The position numbers and the translations under genes are program-made. 64,000 bases of DNA from Alphaproteobacteria bacterium (lineage in GTDB: Bacteria > Pseudomonadota > Alphaproteobacteria > CALKHQ01), in contig CBDDFZ010000002.1 of the NCBI GenBank assembly GCA_965227515.1, positions 128,001 through 192,000 on the forward strand. The letters are read 5' to 3'. The notes under the pieces were generated by a model. That model ran no database searches. It saw only the letters and a program-made list of their open reading frames with translations, and was not told where the DNA came from. Shown here piece after piece: positions 19,790-30,526 of the stretch (positions within the stretch are counted from its first letter, which is position 1; each line of letters starts with the position of its first letter).

Positions 19790-19823
19790 GTTCGTATTGC
19801 GAACATATGATTGATATACGAAC
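19790..19823. promoter_or_regulatory. PcaR/PcaU/PobR-type operator: palindrome plus repeated half-site
   Basis: GTTCGTATTGCGAAC (19790-19804) followed by a second CGAAC half-site at 19819-19823, between the divergent IclR and dioxygenase genes. Confidence 0.7.
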
Positions 19824-19902
19824 ACTGTTCTTGTGGCAACCAAGCGGTTTGGCTATCGTCGCCGACAACCAACAATCAACGTTCGCTTATGCGGGGGAAA
19901 CC

Positions 19903-20415
19903 ATGCCGGTCGAACAGGCAACGGCAACCGTGTTCGGTAGCTTGAACGACTTTGCCAAGGGCGGCGTTCAGGTCGTCGACGACGATGCCAAGAACTATGT
20001 CTTCTCGAACATTTTCGAAGTGGCGGGCAGTTCTGCGCCGTATGAGCGGGTCGCAGTCGCCAAGAACTTCGAGTACGTGATCGAGGCTGCGCGCGCCGAG
20101 GGCGTGTCCGGTTGGTACACGGCCGCCCACGACGAGTTTGCCGTCTGCATGGACGGTGAGATCCGCGTCGATCTGGTCAAGCTCGACGACCCGGATGCCG
20201 CGGTCGACCCGGAGAGCCAGGGCGCGCACGCCCTGGAGGGCGAGCCGGCGGGCCGCAAGATGGGCCATGTCGTGCTGCGCCAGGGCCACATGGCGCTGCT
20301 GCCCGTGGGTGCCGCCTACCGCTTCACGGCCGACAATCCTTCGGTGATGATCGTCCAGACGATTGTCGGGCCGGTGACCGTCGAAAAATGGGACGAGATC
20401 TGCCAGCAGTCGTAA
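19903..20415 (+). CDS. hapC: Hydroquinone 1,2-dioxygenase small subunit (HapC/HqdA-type cupin)
   Basis: TVFGSL....KGGV......NYVFSNIFEVA....PYERVAVAKN.EYVIE, WY..AHDEF, GHMALLP.G.AYRF, VEKW.EIC match this family. Confidence 0.9.
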   Translation: MPVEQATATVFGSLNDFAKGGVQVVDDDAKNYVFSNIFEVAGSSAPYERVAVAKNFEYVIEAARAEGVSGWYTAAHDEFAVCMDGEIRVDLVKLDDPDAAVDPESQGAHALEGEPAGRKMGHVVLRQGHMALLPVGAAYRFTADNPSVMIVQTIVGPVTVEKWDEICQQS

Positions 20416-20475
20416 AGGCCGGCTGACGAACGCGCGCCTCAACCGGCGCAGCTTTGGATATTGGAGGAACTGGAC

Positions 20476-21513
20476 ATGGCGATGGTCGAGCGCGCTGCCG
20501 AAGCGCCGCAAGTCTCCAACCCGCGCGGGCTTCCCCTCACCACTGGCAGCGAGGTCATGCCGCCGGACAACGTCAACGGCTACAAGGCGTTCAAGGTCGG
20601 TGACTTCCAGTTCCGGCGTGACAGCTATTTCGCGCACATCGAATGGCCCGGCGGCCGCCACCAGATGGCGATCGACGCCTTCCTACGCGCGCTGATGCGC
20701 GACGTCGCCTGGGGCTTCTTCTACGGCACCGTGAACTTCGATGGCGTGTTCGGCACCACCAACTATTACGGCGAGGTCGAGATGTTCGCCGGCGCGATGA
20801 ACGACGCCTACACGTCGGCCGGACAGGACTTCATTCAGCGCTTCGAATCAGGCGAACTGGCGAGCGTGTTCCGCGACATGATCGCCGACTGGACCAACGA
20901 GGGCTACGACCCGTTCGCCGCCCCGCTGGAGACCGAGGTGCCATGGGGCGTGAAGAGCGGCAACAATGACGAGGCGGTCTCGCGCCAGCGGGTCACCGCC
21001 AAGCGCATGGTCGGCCTGCCCGGCGACACGCCTGTGCGCAGCGACGACATGGGCATGCCGGTCAACCGCATGTTCACTGACGTCGACCAGTCGCAGCCCG
21101 AGGTCCACGCCGAGCCGGGCTTCGAGCATGAGGTCAGTGCCTACAACCTGTTCGGCTACCTCTCACGTTCCGACGTGACCTGGAACCCGTCGGTCTGCTC
21201 GGTGGTGAAGGAGAGCCTGTTCTGCCCGACGACCGAGGAGTTCATTCTGCCGGTCGAGCATGGCAATGACCGCGTCGAGTGGTTCCTGCAGATGAGCGAT
21301 GAGATCATCTGGGACGTGAAGGACGGCAAGTCCGGCAAGCCGCGCGCGGTGGTCACCATGAAGGCGGGCGACGTGGCCGCGATGCCGGCGGACATCCGTC
21401 ATACCGGCTATTCGCCGAAGCGATCGATGCTGCTGGTGTGGGAAAACGCCTCGCCGAAGATCCCGGACCTGGTGCGCTCGGGCAAGGCACCGACCGTGCC
21501 CGTGACCTGGTAG
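20476..21513 (+). CDS. hapD: Hydroquinone 1,2-dioxygenase large subunit (HapD/HqdB-type)
   Basis: FLRALMRDVAWGFFYG.VNFD.V.GT.N.YG, YLSRSDVTWNPSV.S, CPTTEE.ILPVEHGNDR.EWF, MPADIRH.GYS..RSMLLVWEN. Confidence 0.92.
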   Translation: MAMVERAAEAPQVSNPRGLPLTTGSEVMPPDNVNGYKAFKVGDFQFRRDSYFAHIEWPGGRHQMAIDAFLRALMRDVAWGFFYGTVNFDGVFGTTNYYGEVEMFAGAMNDAYTSAGQDFIQRFESGELASVFRDMIADWTNEGYDPFAAPLETEVPWGVKSGNNDEAVSRQRVTAKRMVGLPGDTPVRSDDMGMPVNRMFTDVDQSQPEVHAEPGFEHEVSAYNLFGYLSRSDVTWNPSVCSVVKESLFCPTTEEFILPVEHGNDRVEWFLQMSDEIIWDVKDGKSGKPRAVVTMKAGDVAAMPADIRHTGYSPKRSMLLVWENASPKIPDLVRSGKAPTVPVTW

Positions 21514-21545
21514 GCGTCGGGCCGGCACCGAACAACCGCACAGCC

Positions 21546-23009
21546 ATGCAGGACAAGCTCTTCATCGGCGGCGCCTTCGTCGATGCCGCCGCGGGCGGTA
21601 CCATCGAGGTGCTGAACCCGTTCGACAACTCACCGATCGCCCAGGTCGCCGAAGCGCGCGCCGAGGACGTCGACCGCGCGGTCGAGGCCGCGACCGACGC
21701 GTTCCCGGCCTGGAGCCGCATGGACGCGGCCGACCGCGGCCAGTTGCTGACCCGGCTCGCCGACGCCATCGAGGCCCATGCCGAAGAGCTGATCGTGCTG
21801 GAGGCCACAGACACCGGCCACCCGGTACGCGATGCCCGCAAGCTGGACGTGCCGCGCACCGCGCGCTGCTTCCGCTATTTCGGCGGCATGGCCGACAAGG
21901 TGGAGGGCTTCCTGCCGCCGGTCTATCCGGGCTTCATCAACTACGTGCAACGCGAGCCGGTCGGCGTTGTCGGCCAGATCGTACCCTGGAACTTTCCGCT
22001 CATGTTCACGAGCTGGAAGATGGCGCCGGCACTGGCGGCCGGCAACACCATCGTCATCAAGCCGGCCGAGCTGACGCCGCTGTCCACGCTGCGGATCGCA
22101 GAACTGATGCAGGAGGTCGGCATTCCTGATGGGGTGGTCAACGTGGTGCCAGGCTACGGCCAGACCGCGGGCCAGCGCATCGCCGAGCACGAGGGCATCG
22201 CCAAGGTCGCCTTCACCGGTTCCACCGCCACCGGCCGCAAGGTCGTGGAAGCCAGCGCCGGCAATTTGAAGAAGGTGCAGCTCGAACTGGGCGGCAAGGG
22301 CCCCAACATCGTGTTCGAGGATGCGTTCATCCCGGCCGCTGTCGGTGGCTCGGCCTGGGCGATATTCCACAACCAGGGCCAGGCCTGTATCGCCGGTTCG
22401 CGGCTGATCTTGCACGAGAAGGTCGCCGACGAGTTTCTGGAGAAGTTCATCGGGCTCGCAAGGTCGATACGGCTCGGCAACCCGCTAGACGAGGCGACCG
22501 AGATGGGGCCGCTGACCTCCCAGCACCACCAGGAGCGCGTGCTGCACTTCTGCGATGTTGCCACCAAGGAAGGCGGCGAAATTCTGACCGGCGGCAAGGC
22601 ACCCGACAGCGACGAGCTGGCGGCCGGCTGCTTCGTGGAGCCGACGGTGGTGCGCGCCAAGCCAGGCGACACGGTGTCGAAGGAAGAGGTGTTTGGCCCA
22701 TTTGTCAGCGTCACCACCTTCAGCGACGACGACGAGGCACTGGCGATCGCCAACGACGTGCGCTACGGCCTCGGCTCCGGCCTGTGGACATCGAACCTGT
22801 CGCGCGCCCACCGCATGGCGCGCGAAATCCATGCCGGCATGGTCTGGATCAACTCCTACAAGGTCGTGCACCCGGCGAGCCCGTTCGGCGGTATGGGCGA
22901 GAGCGGCTATGGCCGTGAGATGGGTTTCGAGGTGATGCGCGAATATACCCAGCCGAAGTCGGTCTGGGTCAACGTCGACGCGCAGATCCCACCGCATTAC
23001 CAGCGGTAG
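21546..23009 (+). CDS. hapE: 4-hydroxymuconic semialdehyde dehydrogenase (aldehyde dehydrogenase)
   Basis: PWNFPLMFTSWK, FTGST, LELGGK, FHNQGQACIAGSR, EEVFGP; position directly after the dioxygenase subunits. Confidence 0.88.
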   Translation: MQDKLFIGGAFVDAAAGGTIEVLNPFDNSPIAQVAEARAEDVDRAVEAATDAFPAWSRMDAADRGQLLTRLADAIEAHAEELIVLEATDTGHPVRDARKLDVPRTARCFRYFGGMADKVEGFLPPVYPGFINYVQREPVGVVGQIVPWNFPLMFTSWKMAPALAAGNTIVIKPAELTPLSTLRIAELMQEVGIPDGVVNVVPGYGQTAGQRIAEHEGIAKVAFTGSTATGRKVVEASAGNLKKVQLELGGKGPNIVFEDAFIPAAVGGSAWAIFHNQGQACIAGSRLILHEKVADEFLEKFIGLARSIRLGNPLDEATEMGPLTSQHHQERVLHFCDVATKEGGEILTGGKAPDSDELAAGCFVEPTVVRAKPGDTVSKEEVFGPFVSVTTFSDDDEALAIANDVRYGLGSGLWTSNLSRAHRMAREIHAGMVWINSYKVVHPASPFGGMGESGYGREMGFEVMREYTQPKSVWVNVDAQIPPHYQR

Positions 23010-23015
23010 GCGGCG

Positions 23016-23876
23016 ATGGTGCAGATCACAGACCTGGCGACGGCGGTTCGCGACAACATCAACAGCGGCGACACGGTCGCGTTCGAGGGGTTTACGCATC
23101 TGATCCCGCACGCCGCCGCGCACGAGGTGATCCGGCAGGGCATCACCGACCTGACCGTCACCCGGATGACGCCCGACCTGATCTACGACCAGTTGATCGG
23201 CATGGGGCGGGTGAAGAAGCTGATCTTCTCCTATGCCGGTAATCCGGGCGTCGGCCTGCTGAGGCGGCTGCGCGACGCGGTGGAGAACGGCTGGCCACGG
23301 CCCATCGAGCTGGAGGAGCATTCCCACGCCGCCATGGCGCACGCTTACGAGGCCGGGGCGTCCGGCCTGCCCTGCGCGGTGCTGCGCGCCTACAAGGGCG
23401 CCGACTTGGCCAAGGTCAATCCCAACATCAAGTCGCTGACCTGCCCGTTCACCGGAGAGGAACTCGCGGCGGTGCCGGCGATCCGCCCCGACGTGGCGGT
23501 GATCCACGCCCAGCAGGCGAACCGGCGCGGCGACGTGATGATCGAGGGCATTCTCGGCGTGCAGAAGGAAGCGGTTCTGGCCGCCAAGCGCGCGGTGGTG
23601 ACGGTTGAGGAGATCGTCGACGAGTTCGTCGATCCGCACATGAACGCGTGCATCCTGCCGCGCTGGACCGTCGACGCGGTGGTCGAGGTGCCGGGCGGCG
23701 CCAACCCGTCCTACGCCCACGGATACTATGAGCGCGACAACGCGGCCTATCTGGAGTGGGACCGCATCTCCGCCGACCGCGAGGCCTTCACTGCCTGGAT
23801 GCAGGCCAACGTGCTGGAGGCGGGGCCGGAGCGGTTCGCCGCCCGCGTGGAACTGCTGCGCAGGAGGGCCGCCTGA
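23016..23876 (+). CDS. 3-oxoadipate CoA-transferase subunit A (CatI/GctA-like)
   Basis: EGFTHLIP.AA.HE, RMTPDLIYDQLIG, GNPGVG, HAQQA.R.G.V...GI.GVQKE; pathway context. Confidence 0.85.
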   Translation: MVQITDLATAVRDNINSGDTVAFEGFTHLIPHAAAHEVIRQGITDLTVTRMTPDLIYDQLIGMGRVKKLIFSYAGNPGVGLLRRLRDAVENGWPRPIELEEHSHAAMAHAYEAGASGLPCAVLRAYKGADLAKVNPNIKSLTCPFTGEELAAVPAIRPDVAVIHAQQANRRGDVMIEGILGVQKEAVLAAKRAVVTVEEIVDEFVDPHMNACILPRWTVDAVVEVPGGANPSYAHGYYERDNAAYLEWDRISADREAFTAWMQANVLEAGPERFAARVELLRRRAA

Positions 23877-24679
23877 TGGACTTCACGCCTGCCGAGATGA
23901 TGACGGTGGCCGCCGCCCGGGCGCTGACCGGCGACGACGTGGTCTTCGTCGGCATCGGCGCGCCGTCGGCGGCCTGCAACCTGGCGCGGCTGACCCATGC
24001 CCCCGACATCACCCTGATCTATGAGAGCGGCACCATCGGCACTGCGCCGAACGTGCTGCCGCTGTCCATCGGCGACGGCGAGTTGGCGGAAACCGCGCTG
24101 ACCACCGTGCCGGTGACGGAGATGTTCCGCTACTGGCTGCAGGGCGGACGGATTTCCGTTGGGTTCCTGGGCGCGGCGCAGATCGACCGCTTCGGCAACA
24201 TCAACACCACCGTCATCGGCGACTACGCGCATCCAAAGGTGCGGCTGCCCGGTGGCGGCGGCGCGCCGGAGATCGCGAGCTGCTGCCACAAGGTGTTCGT
24301 CACCATGAAGCAGTCGAACCGCAGCTTCGTGCAGAAAATCGACTTCTTCACCTCGTTTGGCCACGGCAATGGCGGCAACGACCGCGCGGAGCTGGGGATC
24401 ACGACCGAGGGGCCGGTCCTGCTGGTCACCGATCTTGCGGTGTGGAAGCCGGACCCGGTGACCAAGGAGTTCACAGTGGTCTCGCTCCACCCCGGCGTCA
24501 CTTTCGCTATGGTGGAGGAGACATGCGGCTGGCCGGTGCGGTTTGCGGAGAGCGTCGTCGTCACCCGGCCGCCGACCCGCGAGGAGTTGGACGTGCTGCG
24601 CGACCTGCATGCGCGCACCGAGGCGGCGCATCGGCGCGCCGAGGCGGCGCCGTCCAAGCCGCTGGCCGCGGCCGGCTGA
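23876..24679 (+). CDS. 3-oxoadipate CoA-transferase subunit B (CatJ/GctB-like)
   Basis: EMMTVAAAR, FVGIG.PS, LIYESG (catalytic Glu), AQIDRFGNINTT, RLPG.GGAPEI; TGATG overlap. Confidence 0.87.
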   Translation: MDFTPAEMMTVAAARALTGDDVVFVGIGAPSAACNLARLTHAPDITLIYESGTIGTAPNVLPLSIGDGELAETALTTVPVTEMFRYWLQGGRISVGFLGAAQIDRFGNINTTVIGDYAHPKVRLPGGGGAPEIASCCHKVFVTMKQSNRSFVQKIDFFTSFGHGNGGNDRAELGITTEGPVLLVTDLAVWKPDPVTKEFTVVSLHPGVTFAMVEETCGWPVRFAESVVVTRPPTREELDVLRDLHARTEAAHRRAEAAPSKPLAAAG

Positions 24680-24688
24680 GCCCGGGCG

Positions 24689-25753
24689 ATGCAGCCCTTC
24701 GTCTACAATGCGCTGTCCGGCCGGGTGGTGTTTGGGTCCGGCACCCTGGGCGAGGCCGGTGCGGAGGTTGAGCGGCTGGGCTTCGGCCGTGTCGTCGTGC
24801 TGACCACGCCGCAACAGGAGCAGCAGGGCCAGGACCTGGCACAGGCGCTGGGCAGCCGCGCGGTCGGTGTGTTCGCCGAGGCCGCCATGCACACGCCGAT
24901 CGAGGTCACCCGGCGCGCGGTCACCTTCGCCGAGAAGGCGAGGGCGGACGCGACGGTGTCCATCGGCGGCGGCTCGACCACCGGTCTCGGCAAGGCGTTG
25001 GCGTTGCATGTCGGGCTGCCGCAGATCGCCATACCCACCACCTACGCCGGTTCGGAGATGACCAACATCTTGGGCCAGACCGAAGGCGGCAAGAAGACCA
25101 CGCTGCGCGACGACAAGCTGCGCCCGAAGACCGTGATCTACGATGTCGACCTGACCATTGGCCTGCCGGTCGCCATGAGCATGACCTCGGGCCTGAACGC
25201 CATCGCCCATGCCATGGAGGCGCTCTATGCGCCCGACGGCAACCCGGTGATCGCGCTGATGGCGGAGGAAGGCACGCGTGCGCTCGGCACGGCGCTGCCG
25301 ACCATCAAGGCCGACCCGGCGAACGCGGAGGCGCGTTCCGACGCGCTGTACGGCGCCTGGCTGTGCTCGATCTGCCTGGCCTCCACGTCGATGGCGCTGC
25401 ACCACAAGCTCTGCCACACGCTGGGCGGCACCTTCGACCTGCCGCATGCCGAGACCCACGCCATCGTCCTGCCGCACGCCGCCGCCTACAACGCGCCGGC
25501 GGCGCCGGACGCGATGGCCCGCATTGCCCGTGCGCTTGGCCGCAGCGACGGTGACGGCGCGGCAGCGCTATTCGACCTGACTGGCACGATCGGCGCGCCC
25601 AATGCGCTGAAGGACTTCGGCATGCCCGAGGACGGCATCGACAGGGCGGCCGACATCGCGACCGAGAACCCCTACCAGAACCCGCGTGCGATCGAGCGCG
25701 GCGCCATCCGCGCCATGATCGCGAACGCCTGGGCCGGCGCGCCGCCGGCCTGA
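24689..25753 (+). CDS. hapF: Maleylacetate reductase (Fe-ADH family)
   Basis: RVVFG.G, AAMHTP, GGGSTTGL.KA, PTTYAGSE.T, SG.NAIAH..EALY, MALHHKLCHTLGG.F.LPHAETH. Confidence 0.93.
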   Translation: MQPFVYNALSGRVVFGSGTLGEAGAEVERLGFGRVVVLTTPQQEQQGQDLAQALGSRAVGVFAEAAMHTPIEVTRRAVTFAEKARADATVSIGGGSTTGLGKALALHVGLPQIAIPTTYAGSEMTNILGQTEGGKKTTLRDDKLRPKTVIYDVDLTIGLPVAMSMTSGLNAIAHAMEALYAPDGNPVIALMAEEGTRALGTALPTIKADPANAEARSDALYGAWLCSICLASTSMALHHKLCHTLGGTFDLPHAETHAIVLPHAAAYNAPAAPDAMARIARALGRSDGDGAAALFDLTGTIGAPNALKDFGMPEDGIDRAADIATENPYQNPRAIERGAIRAMIANAWAGAPPA

Positions 25754-25787
25754 CCTCAACGAGCGATACCACCTGGGGAGGAGAAAT

Positions 25788-27086
25788 ATGCACCGTTCAA
25801 AGCTTACACGGCGTCGGTTCGTCGGAACGTCCGCGGCCGGTATCGCTGGTGGGGCCGCGCTGTCCAGCGGCGTTGCCGCGCCGGCGATCGCGCAGGACCG
25901 CACCATCAAGCTCGGCTATGTCAGCCCGCAGACCGGTCCGCTTGCCCCGTTCGGCGAGGCCGACAGCTATGTGGTGGGCGCCGTGCAGGAAGCGCTGGCC
26001 GGCGGGCTAAGTGCCGGCGGCCAGTCCTATCCTGTCGAGATCATCGTCAAGGACAGCCAGTCCAACCCCAACCGCGCGGCCGAGGTGGCGAGCGAGCTGA
26101 TTCTCGACGACGAGGTCGACATCATGCTGGTCGCCTCGACGCCGGAGACCACCAATCCCGTCTCCGACCAGTGCGAGATCAACGGTGTGCCCTGCATCTC
26201 GTCGGTGGCGCCGTGGCAGCCCTGGTTCTTCACCCGTGGCGGCGATCCGGCAGTGGGCTTCGAGTACACCTACCACTTCTTCTGGGGCCTGGAGGACGTG
26301 ATCGCCGTGTTCCTGAACATGTGGAACAAGGTGGACACCAACAAGTCGGTCGGCGGGCTGTTCCCGAACGACGGCGACGGCAATGCATGGGGCGACCCGG
26401 AACTCGGCTTCCCCAAGCCGCTGGCCGATGCCGGCTATTCGCTTGCCGACCCGGGCCGCTACCAGAACCTGAACGACGACTTCACCGCCTACATCTCCGC
26501 GTTCCAGGAGGCTAATGCAGAGATCATCACTGGCGTGATGATCCCGCCCGACTTCACCACTTTCTGGACCCAGTCCAAGCAACAGGGCTACACGCCGAAG
26601 GTGGCGTCTGTGGGCAAGGCGATCCTGTTCCCGGTGGCGGTGGAAGCGCTGGGCGACCAGGGTCACAACCTGTCGTCGGAGGTCTGGTGGACACCGTCCC
26701 ATCCATTCTCGTCGTCGCTGACCGGCCAGTCGGCCGGCGACCTGGCGGCGGCGTTCGAGGCCGGCACCGGCAAGCAATGGACTCAGCCGATCGGCTTCGT
26801 GCACGCGTTGTTCGAGGTTGCGGCGGCGGCGCTGGACGCGGCGGGCGGCCCCGGCGATCCCGACGCCTTGATCGCGGCACTGAAGGGCCTGCAACTCGAC
26901 ACCGTCGTCGGCCCCGTCGATTGGACCGCCGGCCCGGTGCCGACGGTCGCCAAGACGCCGCTGGTCGGCGGCCAGTGGCGGCTGACCGAGGGCGGTGAGC
27001 ACCAGTACGATATCGTCGTCACCGCCAACGAGACCGCACCCGACATTCCGCTCGGCGGGGACATGGAGGCGATCCCACAGGGCTGA
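25788..27086 (+). CDS. Liv-type ABC substrate-binding protein, Tat-exported (probably for an aromatic compound)
   Basis: TRRRFV signal; IKLGYVSPQTGPLA.FGE; DSQSNPNRAA. Confidence 0.88.
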   Translation: MHRSKLTRRRFVGTSAAGIAGGAALSSGVAAPAIAQDRTIKLGYVSPQTGPLAPFGEADSYVVGAVQEALAGGLSAGGQSYPVEIIVKDSQSNPNRAAEVASELILDDEVDIMLVASTPETTNPVSDQCEINGVPCISSVAPWQPWFFTRGGDPAVGFEYTYHFFWGLEDVIAVFLNMWNKVDTNKSVGGLFPNDGDGNAWGDPELGFPKPLADAGYSLADPGRYQNLNDDFTAYISAFQEANAEIITGVMIPPDFTTFWTQSKQQGYTPKVASVGKAILFPVAVEALGDQGHNLSSEVWWTPSHPFSSSLTGQSAGDLAAAFEAGTGKQWTQPIGFVHALFEVAAAALDAAGGPGDPDALIAALKGLQLDTVVGPVDWTAGPVPTVAKTPLVGGQWRLTEGGEHQYDIVVTANETAPDIPLGGDMEAIPQG

Positions 27087-27147
27087 CGCGCTAGCCTCCG
27101 GTACCATATGTGCCGGCGGACGGGCATGGCCGGGATCGGGCGTTGTT

Positions 27148-27890
<743 letters not shown>

Positions 27891-27894
<4 letters not shown>

Positions 27895-28628
27895 GCGCCG
27901 CCACCGATACCATGGCCGACACCATGGCCGAGATCGTGCTGGAGACCCGCGGGCTGGAGGCGTTTTACGGCGACTTTCAGGCCCTGTTCGGTATCGACTT
28001 CATGATTGCGGCCGGGGAGACCATTGCCATCATCGGCGCAAATGGCGCCGGCAAGTCGACGTTCCTGCGCACGATCACCGGTTTGCTGTCCGCGCCGACC
28101 GATGCCGTGCACTTCCAGGGCACCGCCATCGGTGGCGCCTCGGCCCACCGTATCGCGCGCCAAGGGGTCGCGATGGTGCCGGAAGGCCGCCAGCTTTTCC
28201 CCTCGTTGACCGTCGAGGAAAACCTGCTGATGGGGCTGGAGGCCGGGCGCGCCGGCCACTGGACCAAGGAGAGAGTGTTCGAACTGTTCCCGGTCCTGGA
28301 GGAGCGGCGCGCGGCGCCGGGCACGGCGCTTTCCGGCGGCCAGCAGCAGATGGTCGCCATCGGCCGTGCGCTGCTGGCCAATCCGGTGCTGCTGCTCTGC
28401 GACGAGGTCAGCCTCGGACTGGCGCCCATCGTGATCAAGGACATCTACGCCGCCCTGCCTGCGATCCAGGCCCAGGGCACCAGTGTCGTCGTGGTCGAGC
28501 AGGACATCGGCCAGGCGATGGCGGTTGCCGACCGGGTCTACTGCTTCCAGGAGGGGCGGGTGTCGCTGACCGGGCGCCCGTCCGAGCTGACCCGCGACGC
28601 CATCACTCAAGCGTACTTCGGCGTGTGA
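27891..28628 (+). CDS. Liv-type ABC ATP-binding protein (LivF-like)
   Basis: GANGAGKST; VPEGR.LF; LSGGQQQM; VEQ. Confidence 0.92.
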
Positions 28629-28632
28629 CAGC

Positions 28633-29499
28633 ATGGAGTGGGTAAACGCCATCGTGCAGGGGGTCATGACCGGCGGGCTGTTCGCGCTGTTCGCGGCCGG
28701 CCTGTCGTTGATCTTCGGCGTCATGCGGCTGGTCAACCTGGCGCACGGCGACTTCATCATCCTGGGCTCGTTCATCGCCATTGCCGTCGTCGAGGCGGTT
28801 GCCGTCCACCCGCTGCTGACGCTGGTCATCGTCGTGCCGGTGATGTTCGCCATCGGCTACGCCCTGCAGAAGGGTCTGCTGAACCTGACGCTCGGCGACG
28901 ACATCATGCCGCCGTTGCTGGTGACGTTCGGGTTGTCGATCATCATCCAGAACGCGTTGCAGGAAACGTTCAGCGCCGATACCAGGCGGCTGCAGGCCGG
29001 CGGGCTGGAGACGGCGAGCCTGGATATCGCCGACGGGCTCGCCATCGGCTGGTTCCCGCTGTTGATCTTCGTGACCGCGATTGCCGTGATCGGCGGCCTT
29101 CAAGTCCTGTTCACCCGCACGTCCATAGGCCGCGTGTTCCGCGCCACATCCGACAACCAGACCACCGTCCAGTTGATGGGTGTCGACAACCGGCGCGTGT
29201 TCGCGCTGGCGATGGGGCTGGCGCTCGCCATCTGCGGCATCGCCGGCGTGCTGCTGGCGATCCGCACCAACGTCGCCCCGAACGTCGGGCCGGGCCGGCT
29301 GTTGTTCGCCTTCGAGGCGGTGATCATCGGCGGCCTCGGCAATCTGTGGGGCACCCTCGCCGGCGGGGTCATCCTGGGTGTCGCACAATCCATCGGCGCC
29401 AAGATCCACCCTGGCGTACAGATCCTGGCCGGCCACTTGGTATTCCTTGCTATCCTGGTGGTGCGGCCGGCTGGCATCTTCCCGAAGACGAGGGACTGA
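28633..29499 (+). CDS. Liv-type ABC permease (LivH-like)
   Basis: GLSLIFGVM..VNLAHG; IIGGLG. Confidence 0.92.
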   Translation: MEWVNAIVQGVMTGGLFALFAAGLSLIFGVMRLVNLAHGDFIILGSFIAIAVVEAVAVHPLLTLVIVVPVMFAIGYALQKGLLNLTLGDDIMPPLLVTFGLSIIIQNALQETFSADTRRLQAGGLETASLDIADGLAIGWFPLLIFVTAIAVIGGLQVLFTRTSIGRVFRATSDNQTTVQLMGVDNRRVFALAMGLALAICGIAGVLLAIRTNVAPNVGPGRLLFAFEAVIIGGLGNLWGTLAGGVILGVAQSIGAKIHPGVQILAGHLVFLAILVVRPAGIFPKTRD

Positions 29500-29503
29500 G
29501 GCG

Positions 29504-30526
29504 GTGGCGGCCTATCGTATCGTCGTCATCGACCGCCGCAGCCGACTGGCGCTGATTGGCGTCGCGATCCTGCTGGCCGCGATCCTGAGCGGGCCGCTGT
29601 GGCTGGGCCGCGCAGACATGCGGCTCGCCATCGAGATCGCGAGTTACCTGACGCTGGCGACGATGTGGAACCTGCTCGCGGGCTATGCCGGCCTGGTGTC
29701 GGTTGGCCAGCAGGCGTTTGTTGGCCTCGGTGGATATGCCCTGTTCGCCGTGGTGGTCTTCCTCGGCTTCAACCCGCTGCTCGGGCTAGTGGTGGCGGGG
29801 CTGGCCGCCGCCGTGATCGCGGTGCCGACGGCCGCCGTCGCGTTCCGGCTGAAAGGCGCCTACTTCGCCATCGGAACCTGGGTCATCGCCGAGGTGTTCA
29901 TGCTCTCCATCGCCCAGGTCACCGCGCTCGGCGGCGGCTCCGGCATGTCGCTGCCGGCGGCGGCCGTCAGGGGGATTGCCGCAGACGCCGGGTGGCGCGA
30001 GGCGATCATGTACTTCGTCGCCGTGGGCATCGCCGCAGGCGCCATCGGCTTCGTCTACTGGCTGCTGCGGTCGCGCCAAGGTCTGGCCCTGACCGCGATC
30101 CGCGACAGCGAGGTGGCGTCTTCCAGCGTCGGTGTCGACACCGCGCGCACCAAGTACCTGATCTACATCGTGGCCGCCTTCGTCACCGGCATCGCCGGCG
30201 GCCTGATTTTCCTGTCCAAGCTGCGCATCTCGCCCGATGCCGCGTTCAACGTGGTCGACTGGACCGCCTATGTGATCTTCATCGTCGTTATCGGCGGGAT
30301 CGGGCGCATCGAGGGGCCCATCGTCGGCACGATTGTGTTCTTCGTCCTACGCGGCCTACTGGCCGACGAAGGCGCGATCTACCTGATCATCCTCGGCGCG
30401 TTGGCGCTGGTGGTGATGCTGAAGGCGCCGGTCGGGCTGTGGGGCCTGTTGTTGGAGCGAACCGGGTTCGAGGTGTTCCCGACCCGCCGTCGACTGGTAC
30501 GGACAGGCCCTGAGGACGGAACATGA
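29504..30526 (+). CDS. Liv-type ABC permease (LivM-like)
   Basis: WNLLAGYAGLVS.GQ; RL.GAYFAI.T; AIRDSE.A. Confidence 0.92.
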   Translation: MAAYRIVVIDRRSRLALIGVAILLAAILSGPLWLGRADMRLAIEIASYLTLATMWNLLAGYAGLVSVGQQAFVGLGGYALFAVVVFLGFNPLLGLVVAGLAAAVIAVPTAAVAFRLKGAYFAIGTWVIAEVFMLSIAQVTALGGGSGMSLPAAAVRGIAADAGWREAIMYFVAVGIAAGAIGFVYWLLRSRQGLALTAIRDSEVASSSVGVDTARTKYLIYIVAAFVTGIAGGLIFLSKLRISPDAAFNVVDWTAYVIFIVVIGGIGRIEGPIVGTIVFFVLRGLLADEGAIYLIILGALALVVMLKAPVGLWGLLLERTGFEVFPTRRRLVRTGPEDGT

